Of a DNA stretch of 33,171 bases, positions 1-12,678 are shown one piece after another. A model generated the notes under the pieces. The model saw only the letters and a list, made by a program, of their open reading frames with translations. It was not told the origin of the DNA and searched no databases. Numbering within the stretch: position 1 is the first letter of the stretch; every line of letters starts with the position of its first letter. The position numbers and the translations under genes are program-made. The stretch comes from Toensbergia leucococca (Eukaryota), in NCBI GenBank assembly GCA_022813965.1, contig JALDZS010000006.1, forward strand, positions 248,001-281,171. Reading direction: 5' to 3'.

Positions 1-305
1 TCAACAGAGGCCTAGTCGTCGATCTGTGGTCTTCTTAAATTGCCAGTTGACCAGAGATCGAGCGACGATAGCATGGGTTCAACATTTTTAAAGGAGATCT
101 CGTCCATGGTGGACCGTGTGGTTGCTTCGTTCAGGGGAGAGGGGAGGGAACGGATGCCAAGTGGTCTGGTGGTGTTGGAAAATCGATGCGGCTCCACTAG
201 CGCCACACTAGGTAAATAGCCGAAGTCCTCCAGCCCACAATGATATGTTCAAAACAAGTGCAAACGACGACTCCATCGATCTGACAGGCAACAAAGTAGC
301 CCATA

Positions 306-1254
306 ATGGGTAGAGTCATCCGCAATCAGAGGAAAGGTCGTGGATCAATCTTTAGTACGTCAATTTTGAGAAAGCAATCGAAATGGTAAAGCCAAGCATC
401 CTAACTTATCTTGACAGCGGCCCATACTCGTCTCAACAAAGCACCGGCGCAATTCAGAACACTCGATTATGCGGAGAAACATGGATACATACGAGGCGTA
501 GTCAAAGATATTATCCACGATCCTGGCCGAGGCGCACCACTTGCGAAGGTAGTCTTTCGCGATCCCTATCGATTCAAACTACACACCGAGACCTTTATTG
601 CCAACGAGGGCATGTACACTGGCCAATTTATCTATGCGGGAAAGAACGCCACCTTGACTGTCGGCAACGTGCTACCTTTAGGATCTGTCCCTGAAGGTAC
701 TGTCGTGACCAACGTGGAGGAGAAGGAGGGAGATCGTGGTGTACTGGGAAGGACGTCGGGAAATTACGTGACAGTCATCGGGCACAACCCTGACGAAGGA
801 AAGACAAGAGTAAAGCTCCCAAGTGGGGCGAAGAAAGTGATCAAGAGCAGTGCTAGAGGTATGATCGGCATAGTCGCTGGAGGTGGACGTACCGACAAAC
901 CATTACTGAGTAAGTCCTATTCCGAAAGCCCACTTGTATGGTGAAGGAAGAAGCTTACACCAAGCGCAGAGGCGTCTCGTGCGAAGCACAAGTTCGCTGT
1001 CAAGCGTAACTCATGGCCAAAAACTCGCGGTGTTGCGATGAATCCCGTTGACCATGTAAATTATCCCCCGTATTTGGTGTATTCTCTAGATCACCGCTGA
1101 CTCCTCATTTTCATAGCCTCATGGTGGTGGTAATCATCAACATATTGGTAAAGCATCAACGATATCACGCTTTGCAGCACAAGGTCAAAAGGCTGGTCTC
1201 ATTGCCGCTCGGAGAACTGGTTTGCTACGGGGCACGCAAAAAACGAAGGACTAG
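306..1254 (+). CDS. RPL2: 60S ribosomal protein L2 (uL2); exons 306-354, 418-909, 970-1055, 1117-1254; 254 aa
   Basis: Spliced translation [24 protein letters not shown]...[12 protein letters not shown]...[19 protein letters not shown]...[21 protein letters not shown]...LRGTQKTKD*. Three GT-AG introns; 765 nt in total. Confidence 0.98.
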
Positions 1255-2035
1255 ATTTGTTGTTACAACACTGCACCGTGGAGGTCATGACTTCTCCTGT
1301 GTGGTGGATATGGGAGCTTCATGGCGACCCGGTTACCTTTACTTTCTAAAGGAATGCCAAGAGTCAAGCAAGCAAAATATCTCAAGCAATACTAGTATGA
1401 GAAAATAGATCCACGGAGCGTCTGTAGCTGGTCAGATAGAGAAACATCGTGCATTTGGTTTCCTGCAAGCCAATGAGTGAAATGCCAAACGATTATCTGA
1501 ACCCAACGTCATTGCTACGTGTGAAACTCAGCCGTTGGTAGGCGCTTTGTTACAGGTACCAGGGGCGAACAAGAAGCTCTCGACATCGCATTCGGCGCGT
1601 CACATGGAGACTTAGTTTGCGATTATTCAATTACGCAACCCCATGGCTGTGATTTGATGACTTTGAATTTGTTTGAAACTTACTCTCGCTCGTATTCTAT
1701 TCATATTCACAGGATCAAGATACATCACTGCGGGGCAAAGTTTGAGTCCCGTTGCCCCAAACATAATATTTTCGAGGGCCAACCAACATTCCCCGTTGTC
1801 GCTCTTGTACATCCATAGCAGACTCCTCACATTCCCTTGATTCTCTTCACACTCTCGTTCCCTTCACTCGTACTTCCGTGAATCTTTTGTTGAAAAATTA
1901 GTGAACCTTCTCAAGATCCTCCAACGTTCGAGGAAACTCTTAAATTCTTGCATCCTTCTTAGCATCTGATGACTTAGTACTTTCTCGGCCCTCCATCACC
2001 CCTCAACTCCTACCGTCTCATACATAGCCGTCGAC

Positions 2036-3587
2036 ATGAACGTGAACAAGAAGCTCGATCGCTTTAAGCAATGGGCTGGAGAAAGGATGGGTGGAGAGGT
2101 TAAGACAAGCGTTTCCGATGACTTCAAAGCTTTGGAGGTCGAAATGGCCTTGAGGCATGAAGGTGGGACTAATTCTCAGCAATCATTACAGGACTGAGCA
2201 ACCTTTGACTGTCTTCAGGCATGGAACGTCTCCAAAAGTCAATGACGGCCTACGTTCGAACCCTCTCAAAACGCAACGAAGTGGAGGATAAGGAGAAGAT
2301 ACTACCGGTAGCGTATCTGGGTTCGACCATGCTCAGCCATGGTGAAGACTTTGAGAATGACTCTGACTTTGGTCAATGTCTTATCAGTACGTCCCATATG
2401 GAAAATTAATGGTCATCTATAACATGAACTGATCTTACAGGCATGGGAAGGACAAACGAGCGGATAGCACGTATACAGGAGACATACGTTGCAAATGCGA
2501 CAACAAGCTGGCTTGAGTCGCTAGAGAGATCTCTTGCTCAGATGAAGGAATACCAAGTATACCATTCTCTTTTCGATGGTTGACACCTGTTAACATTTGA
2601 TTAGGCGGCACGAAAAAAGTTGGAGAATCGTCGACTCGCATATGATGCCTCACTGGCAAAAATGCAGAAAGCAAAGAAGGAAGACTTTCGAGTAGAAGAA
2701 GAGCTACGAGCCCAAAAAGCAAAGTACGAAGAGACGAGTGAGGATGTATACCGCAGAATGCAGGATATCAAGGAGGACGAAGTCGACAGCGTGGCTGATC
2801 TAGGAGCATTTCTCGATGCTGAGTTGAGTTATTACGATCGTTGCCGAGATGTTCTGCTACAACTCAAGAGAGATTGGCCTGCAGGGTCAGTGCGAGTTTT
2901 ATACTTATCGAGGATAGCTCTGACATTGAAATTAGGAGTGACAGACAAAACGACTCAAATCACCGAGAGAACCGTAGAAATCCTCGTTCCCGTTCTAATA
3001 CCGCCCACTCGTATGCGGAGCGTTATGATCCGGTGGAGGAGGAGCCTCCTATGCCAGCATTAGAGACTCGGCCGTCAATTCGTTCGAATCGTGCAGTATC
3101 GTCGTTCAATCCTCCAGAATCCCCTCGTAAAGAAAGTCAAAGCTATGAGTTCGGTCAAGCACGACCTGCTGTCAATAGATCCACTACGTTCGAAGGCCCT
3201 TCCCAGCTTCGACGTGACTCTTCTCCAGCCTCTGCGACGCAGATGGCTAGAGTTCCGAGTGATAGTCTGGCCATGCGCAACCAAAGACTACAGTTGCGCC
3301 CGATGAGTCGAGCCGGCACAGTAAATGATCTTTTCAATGATCCGTCTGACGAGTCCACATTTTACAGTAGCCCCGATAGATCATTCGGAGAAAGATCAGC
3401 ATCTCCTGCTACTTCTCATGGTAGCGCAACATCCAGACAAGCAAGCTCTGCCACTTTGAATGCAACGTTCTCAAACGGCAAGAAGCAGGCACCTCCTCCT
3501 CCACCGTCTCGGGCAAAGAAGCCACCCCCGCCACCTCCGCCAATGAAAAGAAGCGCACTCAGCACGTCCAATCTGCCCTACGCTTGA
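2036..3587 (+). CDS. Fungal BAR-domain protein (Mug137/endophilin-like) with Ser/Pro-rich tail; exons 2036-2162, 2219-2386, 2441-2556, 2605-2885, 2936-3587; 447 aa
   Basis: N-terminus MNVNKKLDRFKQWAGERMGGEVKTSVSDDFKALEVEM; helical core ...QMKEYQAARKKLENRRLAYDA...AKYEETSEDVYRRM...FLDAELSYY; C-terminal PPPPPSRAKKPPPPPPP. Four GT-AG introns restore one frame (1344 nt). Confidence 0.88.
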
Positions 3588-4210
3588 TATTTTCTCTCGG
3601 TTTCTATCTTTACGGAACTGACTACGAGATCGTTACTTCAGCTTATGGCTACCTCATATTTATCGAGTGGGGCGCAAACGGCAGGATGGTAAGATCACTG
3701 GCTAATGCCAGTGCGATTTGGCTTGGTGTTTTGGGTAGGACAGGGCACGTGTTACACTCTAGTACCTGCTGCATTGAGAGACGTCCTCCATGCCTGCGGA
3801 CAACGTCCACACAATGATGTTCCAGTACTAGAACGATCTTTATTTGCTCACGCTGTTGAAATGATAGACCTGCATTACCTACAAAAATGCATCTGTGTGT
3901 TTGACTACTGTCTTGGGAACGAGATGAGTGAATAAATCGTCAATGCAAATTTCAAAAAGCCCAGGTTGCCTAGAAAGTAGAAAAGTCGTTCAATTCCAAG
4001 AACTTCTCCTATGTATATGACATTCATGACCCGGCCACCGTAGTTTCCGTCTGGGTAATAGTCACATAGTGCAAGTTTAAGCGAAGGCACTAAAATGAGT
4101 TAGAATTCACCTCTCTTTATCAACGTCGCATCATACGCATCTTCATTCCAGAGCGACTTTTTGTCTGACCCCACCTTTAGTTTCCTTCCTTGGGAGTCTT
4201 CAAAACCCTC

Positions 4211-4232
4211 AACGCGTCGAATGTGACGCGTT
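4211..4232. promoter_or_regulatory. Two ACGCGT (MCB-like) boxes forming an inverted repeat upstream of the SNF2-family gene
   Basis: AACGCGTC-gaatgt-GACGCGTT; ACGCGT at 4212-4217 and 4226-4231, about 180 bp before the ATG at 4410. Confidence 0.45.
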
Positions 4233-4409
4233 TGAGCCTGCGTCTGGCATTCTTTGCAGTCCTAGTATCCGTATGTCCTGTCACAGCTATGCTCAAGCCT
4301 TTTTCCCTCTTGACATTACAGTCCCTCGCTTGAGACCCGACTCCAACTTATCGAGCGCAGGTAGCTCTTGAGTCGTGCCGGACCCACTATTTAGACATCT
4401 CACTTCAGA

Positions 4410-7400
4410 ATGACTTCCACCTTAACGGCGCCCAACCTATCTCATGGCGGGATGGTCTTACCGCCTAATCTCACGCACCAACATGTCCAAGAAGTTTATC
4501 AGGTAATGTCATCAATCTTATATCCGAACCGCCTTCGCTTCGCATAATTTTATATATCAATCTCGCTAACACTACCGTAGAAATATATGCAAATGAAAGA
4601 GCAAGGCCTCCATGATGACCCCGAATTTCTTAAAGCCCAGAGCCTCCTTACCGCCGTCCGACAAAACCAACACTTTCAAAGACATCGACAGGCTTATGAA
4701 CAACAACAGCAACAACAAGCGCAGCAGCGCGAAGCTCTACAAAAAGCTGTTCCGAGTACACAGGGTGCCACAAATGGAATTAACGGTATGCCACCTTATG
4801 ATACTGTGAATTTTGTTTAATGACTTTTTTGCAGGCCAAGCTTCCGCAACGGTTGGCTCTTCAAGTACAGCCTCAACGGCGATTGGTACCACATCTTCTG
4901 AAGGTCAGCCTGCGATTAGTACCGGGAAGAACGTTGGCCAGTCTCAGAAGCAACAGCCATCTTCCGCCAGCTTTACTCCTGAGCAGATGAACACTCTTCG
5001 CAACCAGATCCTAGCTTTCAAACTACTATCGAAGAATTTGGCGGTCCCACCCTCTGTACAACAGCAACTTTTCCCGTCACAATTTGCCACGAGAGCACCA
5101 ACGACCGCACAAGCAGTCCCAGCAGCGGGTCAGGTACTACAGGAAGCGGCCCGTGCCACACAGCATATTGACGGCAAACCCTCTACATCGCCCAAGACTC
5201 GGCACATGTATGACACTTTCAAGTCCCCGTATGATTATCTAAGTTCCAGCATCGGATACGCAGATCACGCTGCAAGGGGTAGTCGATTGATGATACCAAG
5301 TATTATGCCATCTGGTGTTGATGTTGATCGGGTCCGAGAAGAACGGGAACGTATAGTCTATAACCGGGTCATGTCACGAAAAGCAGAATTAGAGAGTTTA
5401 CCTGCGAACCTTGCTGTATGGGATACAAGGAAAAGCGAGGCACCCATAGCCGACGACTCTCTTAAACTGAAAGCTCTCATAGAGTATAAAATGCTCTGCT
5501 TGCTTCCGAAACAACGGGCTCTTCGTCAACAAATAAGTAGAGATATGATTCACTACGATAACCTCGCTCAAACTGCCAACCGTTCTATGTACAGGCGAAT
5601 GAAGAAGCAATCGCTTCGCGAAGCTCGTATCACAGAGAAGCTAGAGAAACAACAGAGGGATGCTAGGGAAACTAAGGAGAAGAAGAAGCAGATTGATCAC
5701 ATGCAGTCAATTATACAACACGCCTCAGAGATACAGAAGAATGCAACGACCCAGAGGTCCAGAGTCCAGAAGCTCGGACGTATGATGCTGCAACATCACC
5801 AACACATCGAGAAAGAAGAACAGAAACGTGTCGAGAGGACAGCGAAGCAACGTCTTCAAGCATTGAAGGCCAATGACGAAGAGACGTATCTCAAGCTGCT
5901 AGGCCAAGCTAAAGATTCACGTATCTCACATTTGATCAAACAAACCGACGGGTTTTTGGGCCAGCTGGCTGCGTCAGTGAAACAGCAGCAACGAAGCGCG
6001 GCCGAGCGCTATGGTGACGAAGACTTACCAGAGGAAGAAGCAAGTGAAAGTGAGGATGAGGAGGAGGGCGGTCCCAAAGTTGATTATTACCAAGTGGCTC
6101 ATCGCATAAAGGAAGAGGTCAAGGTTCAGCCAAACCTCTTAGTTGGCGGGACCTTGAAGGAATACCAAGTCAAGGGCTTGCAATGGATGATATCTCTTTA
6201 CAATAACAATCTCAACGGAATCCTGGCGGACGAGATGGGTCTTGGCAAAACTATCCAGACTATCAGTTTGATCACTTATCTCATTGAAAAGAAGAAACAA
6301 AATGGGCCATTCTTGGTCATTGTACCTTTGAGTACGCTCACGAATTGGAACCTCGAGTTCGAAAAGTGGGCACCGTCGGTGTCAAGGATCGTGTACAAAG
6401 GTCCACCGAACGCGCGTAAACAACAACAACAGCAGATTCGATGGGGCCAATTCCAAGTTCTTTTGACGACCTACGAATACATCATCAAAGACCGGCCTGT
6501 TTTAAGCAAGATCAAGTGGGTGCACATGATTGTTGACGAAGGCCATCGCATGAAGAACGCCCAATCGAAGCTAAGTAATACGCTCACGTCATATTACAAC
6601 ACACGATATCGACTTATCTTGACTGGTACTCCTCTGCAGAATAACCTGCCTGAGCTATGGGCTCTACTTAATTTCGTCCTACCTACAATCTTTAAATCGG
6701 TCAAATCCTTTGATGAATGGTTCAATACCCCGTTTGCAAATACTGGCGGCCAAGACAAGATGGAGCTCACGGAAGAAGAGCAGCTTCTTGTCATTCGTCG
6801 TTTGCACAAGGTCCTAAGGCCCTTCCTTTTACGACGCTTGAAGAAGGATGTTGAAAAAGATCTACCTGACAAGCAAGAAAGAGTCATCAAGTGCAGGTTT
6901 TCAGCTTTGCAGGCGAAACTTTACAAACAGTTGGTGACCTACAACAAAATGTCTGTAAGTGATGGCAAAGGTGGCAAGACCGGCATGAGGGGTCTCAGTA
7001 ACATGCTCATGCAATTGCGCAAATTATGCAATCATCCGTTTGTGTTCGAACAAGTAGAAGAGCAGATGAACCCTGACAAAGGCACCAACGATCTATTGTG
7101 GCGAACAGCTGGCAAATTTGAGCTTCTGGATCGAATCCTACCCAAATTCCAAATCTCAGGCCACAGAGTTTTGATGTTCTTCCAAATGACTCAAATCATG
7201 AATATCATGGAGGACTTTCTACGACTGCGCGGCATCCAATATCTTCGGCTGGATGGATCCACCAAGTCTGATGATCGATCCGAATTACTGAGACTATTCA
7301 ACGCCCCAAATTCGCCTTACTTTTGCTTCCTATTGTCCACCCGTGCTGGAGGTCTAGGCCTGAATCTGCAAACCGCAGACACTGTTATCATCTACGATTC

Positions 7401-8861
7401 GGATTGGAATCCTCATCAAGACTTGCAGGCTCAAGATCGTGCTCATCGTATTGGGCAGAAAAACGAAGTTCGTATCCTCCGGCTAATCAGTTCAAATTCG
7501 GTTGAGGAGAAAATTCTTGAGAGAGCTCAGTTCAAACTCGACATGGATGGTAAGGTCATCCAGGCTGGAAAGTTCGACAACAAGTCAACGAATGAAGAGC
7601 GTGACGCGCTTCTGCGGACTTTGCTTGATACTGCCGAGGCTGCAGAACAACTTGCAGAACAAGAGGAGATGGATGATGACGATCTGAATGCAATTATGGC
7701 GAGATCGGACGAGGAGCTAATTACGTTTCAACGGCTTGACGAGGAACGAGCTAAAGATCCGTACTATGGACCCGACCGAAAGCTCCCTCGGCTCATGGGA
7801 GAGAGCGAGCTTCCCGACATTTATCTTCAAGAGGACAATCCTGTCCCGGAGGAACTGGAAGAAATTGCAGGGCGTGGTGCGAGGGAGAGAACAAGAGTTA
7901 AATACGACGACGGCCTTACAGAAGAGCAATGGCTGATGGCTGTGGACGATGACGAAGACACAATCGAAGCTGCTGTTGCGCGGAGAACTGCAAAGATAGA
8001 CAAACGCAATGCGAACAAGGACAAGAGAGCTAAAAAGGGCATGGGTGCCGAGAGTTCGCCAGAGCCTTCCAGAGATAGTTCCGAAGCGCCGATGCCGAAA
8101 AAACGAGGTCGAAAGCCCACTGGTGGGGCAAAACGAAAGGCGGAGGAAGAGATTGACGAGGGGCCAGCTGCGAAAAGAAAGCGCGGAGGACGGCAATCGA
8201 AAGCAGTAGAGACGCTGAGTAACGCAGAGCGTAATCTATTGCAGAAGATACTGAATAATGTATATCAACATCTCATAGATCTCGAGGTAGATCTACCAGG
8301 GGAATCATCGGATGATGATGACGGGCCAGAGACGAGACCAATCATCGACCCGTTCATCAAATTGGTCCCCCGAGCGCAATACCCCGATTATTACGTTATC
8401 ATCAAGAACCCCATCGCCATGGACAACATCAAGAAGAAGATCAACAAGGAGGAATATCAAAACCTCAAGGAGTTTAGAGACGATGTGCGGCTGCTCTGCA
8501 ACAATGCAAGGACGTACAACGAAGACGGTAGTCTCCTGTTCCAAGATGCTAATGACATCGAGGTATGTAAAGACGAAGTCAGTAAATCCAATTGGCCCTT
8601 ACTGACCATGATCAGACTGCTTGCGTTTCGAAGCTCAAAGAAGAAACAGAAGATCACCCCGAACTGCAAGACTTTGATGATCCAAACTCGACGCCGGCTG
8701 ACGGACGGTCAACAGCAGCGGTATCCAGCGTCGGTACGCCAATGGCTTCTGGTCCAGGCGGGGGCCAGAAGTTAAAGCTTACGTTCAATGGGAATGGGAA
8801 TGGGACTCGAGATGCGTATACCAACGGAGGGGACAGCGGGATGCAGAGCGATGAAGATTGA
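4410..8861 (+). CDS. STH1: SWI/SNF-RSC catalytic ATPase (Snf2/Sth1/Snf21 type); exons 4410-4502, 4581-4785, 4835-8562, 8616-8861; 1423 aa
   Basis: QLQ (FTPEQMNTLRNQILAFKLL), HSA region, motif I GILADEMGLGKT, DEGH box, LLSTRAGGLGLNLQTAD, QAQDRAHRIGQ, AT-hook-like KKRGRKP, and bromodomain (YPDYYVIIKNPIAM...LLCNNARTYN). Three GT-AG introns. Orthology to STH1 versus SNF2 is not resolved from sequence alone. Confidence 0.95.
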
Positions 8862-9829
8862 GGGTAAGATTAGCGAGCTTTGTGTTAGATTGTACCAACA
8901 GGCATCTTGGGGGATATCTACGAAAATCTGGCACTTGAATGCGGGAATTCCTTGGCGTACTGATTGACGATGAGACGTGGAAGTGGTGCAGCTAGGCCGG
9001 CTTGCCTGGTGCCACAGTCCCTGGCTAGCTGTAGGTAATGGGTTACAAAGCTGGGTAGGCATAAGATCAATTACTTGTCCTAATAACGCTCGTGTCTCTT
9101 GCCTCGATGCTACTAGCACTGGTCATCTCATGGTGAAAGATTACGTTTGATGCTCGAGTTGAAATGATGAATTTGAAGGGTCCTGGTTCATGTTTAATTC
9201 CGAGGAACAAGACGCTCATATCGAGTGAGGATCAGGCGGGACGAAGTTTATCGAGGAATATTCATCTTCGTGGCTCTACTGAAATAAAGAGCCTTTGACC
9301 CTTTGTGGTGATCTTTGGCGACCGTCTTCACATCTTTCCAAAAGCAACAGTTCCATCCCCATTCATCCACCTTTCTCCTTTTTCCACTTTTCCACTATTC
9401 CACTATTCTGTCCCAACTTCTACATTTCCCTGGACTCGTTCTCATTCACTCACGCTATTACTTTTCTGGCATTCATATGTCTTTCATACACACGAGTAAG
9501 TCAGGCCATGGGTGATTCATCAATTAGGCCACGCTTCTCTGTCCAAGAACAAAGACGTCTTTGTCTACATTTCTTTCTATGAAGGACATCTTTGATTCGT
9601 TTCCGTGACTTTCTATTGTTCACCTTCGACAACAGCCCTATTGTCCCTTTGTAAAGCTTTGTTCAAGCCACACATCAAGTATATAATCACCCTCCCGCCT
9701 CTCTTCAAATTTACACCAACACAAGGCTTCTTTCATCCACTCCAAAAAAGACAAGGAAAACAACCCACAACCAAACACAAATCCCAACTCCAAAAAAAAA
9801 AAGTCATACGACACAAACCCAAAAAAATC

Positions 9830-10531
9830 ATGCAGCTCTTCCCCTGCCTCTCCCGTCGAGCGGCCACCTACCTCTGCACAGCAATCAGCTTCGTCGTCGC
9901 AACCATCATCATCCTCATCCCAACCTACTTCATCATCCAAGCCACCCAAAAGCCCCAACAGTCCGGCTTTACCCCCTCCTCCTCCCCCTCCTCCCCCTCC
10001 ACCCCCAACAACAACAAAGAAGAAAAAGCCACCAACGTCCTCAACGAACGCTCCCCCCAATACGGCGACCTCAACGACACCTTCAACACCTTCATGAACC
10101 CCAGCCACCACCCATCATCCTACAGCACCTCGAACAACCCCAGCTACCTCTCAGCCTACAGCTCCGCCCTGGCAGCCGACAGCTCCACAATGGCCGACAT
10201 CATGACCCTGACCGCCACGCCTTCGCCGACGATTTCCATGCCTACGGCTGACTGTTATGCTGATCCGAGTAAATGCCCTCTGACCTATTACTCGATTGCT
10301 CCTCCTCCTACCACGGCGATGCAGACGAGTGTGGCTCCTCCTCCCATGGCTCCTGCGATCAGGCCGACTGGAGTCCCGGGGAGTAGGAGGGAGGAGGTTT
10401 GCGTTCGTGGGCATTTGAACTGTTATCGTCTGAGGAGTGGGGCGGTGGGGTCGTCGTCGTCCGGGATTCCGGGATTGATGATTGCAGGGGTTGGGTTTGG
10501 GGTTGGGGTGAGTTTGCTGGTGCTGGGTTAG
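9830..10531 (+). CDS. Orphan membrane/surface protein, 233 aa: N-terminal TM helix, Ser/Thr/Pro-rich middle, hydrophobic C-terminal tail
   Basis: ATG at 9830 in aaaatcATG context within ORF 9605-10531; YLCTAISFVVATIIILIPTYFII; S/T/P-rich linker; ends SSSSGIPGLMIAGVGFGVGVSLLVLG*. Strong third-position codon bias. Confidence 0.7.
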   Translation: MQLFPCLSRRAATYLCTAISFVVATIIILIPTYFIIQATQKPQQSGFTPSSSPSSPSTPNNNKEEKATNVLNERSPQYGDLNDTFNTFMNPSHHPSSYSTSNNPSYLSAYSSALAADSSTMADIMTLTATPSPTISMPTADCYADPSKCPLTYYSIAPPPTTAMQTSVAPPPMAPAIRPTGVPGSRREEVCVRGHLNCYRLRSGAVGSSSSGIPGLMIAGVGFGVGVSLLVLG

Positions 10532-11724
10532 AACGGAGGGAGGAAAGAATTGGGGGGGGTTTTTTTTTTGTGCAGAGGGTAAGTAAGTTGAAGGTGTGTT
10601 TTTGAATGTAAGGAAGGCGGTTAACGTTTTTTTTTTTTGTTTGTTTCTTTTTTCGTTGGTACGTTTTTGGCGTTTTTGGGTGTTTTGGTTGGTTTTCAGG
10701 GTTTCGTCTTTGCACGGTTTACTGGATGTAATTGCGTTTTTTTCTTCCTTTTCTCATGTTTTCAGTATCAGCATGGGGGGGGGTTTTGATTGAGTTTGTG
10801 ATATCCTTCTTTCATTACCCTTCACACCAAACCTCCCTCATCACAACTCAAGAAATCCTATTACAAATCTTCAAACCCTCTATAATAATTTTCTTCCCCC
10901 TCAACGCATCACTTGCATCACAGTAATTTTTTCTCAGTCTAGATAATGATGCACAAATCACTCAGACACCCCCTTTTTTTTTTTTTTTGAATCGAATTGA
11001 TTGATACCTTGATGACCCCCGTCTGAGAAAAACGTGGTTATTTTTTTTTTGGGTGAGAAAAAGAATCATGTGCCTTTGGTATTGTTGAGCAAGATGCTCT
11101 GATTTTATACAAGTAAAGAGAGAGAATATGAAAAAGAGGAACAAGATTGATAGGCTGAACTAAATTTGAAAAGAGTGAAAGATCTAAATGAGAATGTGCA
11201 CAACTACCGCAAAATAATGGATGATTTCAGACCCTTTTGGATTGTTAGCTACTTTACCCTTTTTGTGCGACAGACGGTAGGCACCTAGACAACAAAGCAG
11301 AAAAATATAGTATGAAGAACACAAAGTTATGATTTGAGCAAAATATATCATTCTTTTTTAGACAGGGTTGCGGAAAACAGTTAGGGGGGGGGTCAATGTT
11401 GGCGAAAAGGGTTGTCTGTGCATTGATTGATGGGTTGGTAGCACTTTCTCTGAAAGTAATCAACCAGAGGATAGCGATGGAGTTTACAGACCAAGAAGCG
11501 AAAAACGCTCATCACATCCAATGTTCTCAAGGAATGAATACCGAGTTGTGGCACCCCATTTCATCTTAGGGTGTTCATTACAGCTCTTTGATTGATTTGA
11601 ATAGGGGAGTGTAAAGAAAACTCCGCACGGCCCTTCCTGAAGAAAAAAAACAGGTCCATGCTCGCGGACCATTATCTCAGCACACCTTCGATGCCCATAT
11701 ATATCTTCGTCCAAAAAGCCGCAA

Positions 11725-12678
11725 TCATCCGCCCCTCACCCTCACCGTCTTCCGCACGCGCGGTAAAGCCCAAACATTCGCCCCCTTTCCGCGCACAAAA
11801 CTTAACTCCGTGGTTCGCTGCCTCGGTCCAGTCGCCGATGCTCCTCTCGGTTCCTCTTTAGTCCCCGCTACCATCGGGGCCGCTTCATTCGCTTGGTTGA
11901 ATTGGGGCGAAAGTTCCGGCGGCGTGCTCTCATTTGCCCCCCTTGTCTTGAGATTCGACGTCTTTTCCGCTTCCTCCTTCTCCCTCTGCTGCATCAACTC
12001 CTCCACCCTCCGCTTCTCCCATCTCGCATCCTCAATCTGCGCCTCGAGCTCCCTCACATGCACCCGCTCCTGCTGGATCTCTCCCTCCAATCTCGTCCTC
12101 TCGGCTATCAATCCTTCAATCATCTCCGTGTAGCTCGCCTCGCGTTTTTTCCATGCCGCAGCATCGGCGCGCGCACCGCTCGAGATTGCCTGCAGTTGCT
12201 CGCGGGAGGCAGCGTCGCGATCGGCGAGACGGAGGTCGTAATCGCGAACTGTGGCTTCGAGAGTGGCGATGCGGGTGTGGAGGGAGGTTTGGAGGGTTTG
12301 GAGGGATTGTTGGAGGTCGAGGATGGTTTGGTTTGAGGATTGGGGAGGAGGGGGAGGGGGTGCTCTGGAGGGTTGAGGGGATGTGGGAGGTGTGGGTAGA
12401 GGGGCTGGGTGATAGGTTTGGGAATTCGGGGGTGTAGATTCGAGCTCTGCGATATTCCGAATACTCTTCGGTCCTCGTAGCGTTTGATTGATTTGTGATG
12501 TGGTAGAGCTTGAGATTTTATATCCTGGCGGAAGCGCAAGGCCTTCGAGGTATTTGAGGTCGCTGTTCCGTCTCTGGTCGTGGGCAATTTGTTTTTCGGC
12601 TTGGAGCCTTGCTTTCTTTTGTTCTTCTCCTAATGTGATTTTTTCCAAGTACATTTGGTCAATTGGTAAGTCTTCCAT
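11725..12678 (-). CDS. Hypothetical coiled-coil protein, 317 aa, with a Pro-rich linker
   Basis: 954-nt ATG-initiated ORF; heptad-like ILDLQQSLQTLQTSLHTRIATLEATV...LEGEIQQERVHVRELEAQIEDA. Acceptor-like sequence (ttaacggccag) immediately before the ATG suggests a 5' intron. No family recognised. Confidence 0.7.
   Translation of the reverse strand: MEDLPIDQMYLEKITLGEEQKKARLQAEKQIAHDQRRNSDLKYLEGLALPPGYKISSSTTSQINQTLRGPKSIRNIAELESTPPNSQTYHPAPLPTPPTSPQPSRAPPPPPPQSSNQTILDLQQSLQTLQTSLHTRIATLEATVRDYDLRLADRDAASREQLQAISSGARADAAAWKKREASYTEMIEGLIAERTRLEGEIQQERVHVRELEAQIEDARWEKRRVEELMQQREKEEAEKTSNLKTRGANESTPPELSPQFNQANEAAPMVAGTKEEPRGASATGPRQRTTELSFVRGKGANVWALPRVRKTVRVRGG

Noticed and set aside
12..107. 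Minus-strand ORF MDEISFKNVEPMLSSLDLWSTGNLRRPQIDD* with a strong ccaccATGg context, divergent from RPL2
   Set aside because: Only 31 codons, no recognisable motif or clear splice donor, and at the window edge; cannot be called.
2163..2218. Weak donor GTGGGA in BAR-gene intron 1
   Set aside because: Still GT-AG, of normal length and frame-restoring; not unusual enough to flag.
9164..9282. ATGATGA ... CTGA pair resembling a C/D-box snoRNA
   Set aside because: No terminal stem, and no rRNA-complementary guide that I can verify.
10535..11480. AT-rich homopolymer region as a RIP-degraded transposon
   Set aside because: No terminal repeats, target-site duplication or transposase/RT remnants; it looks like low-complexity spacer DNA.
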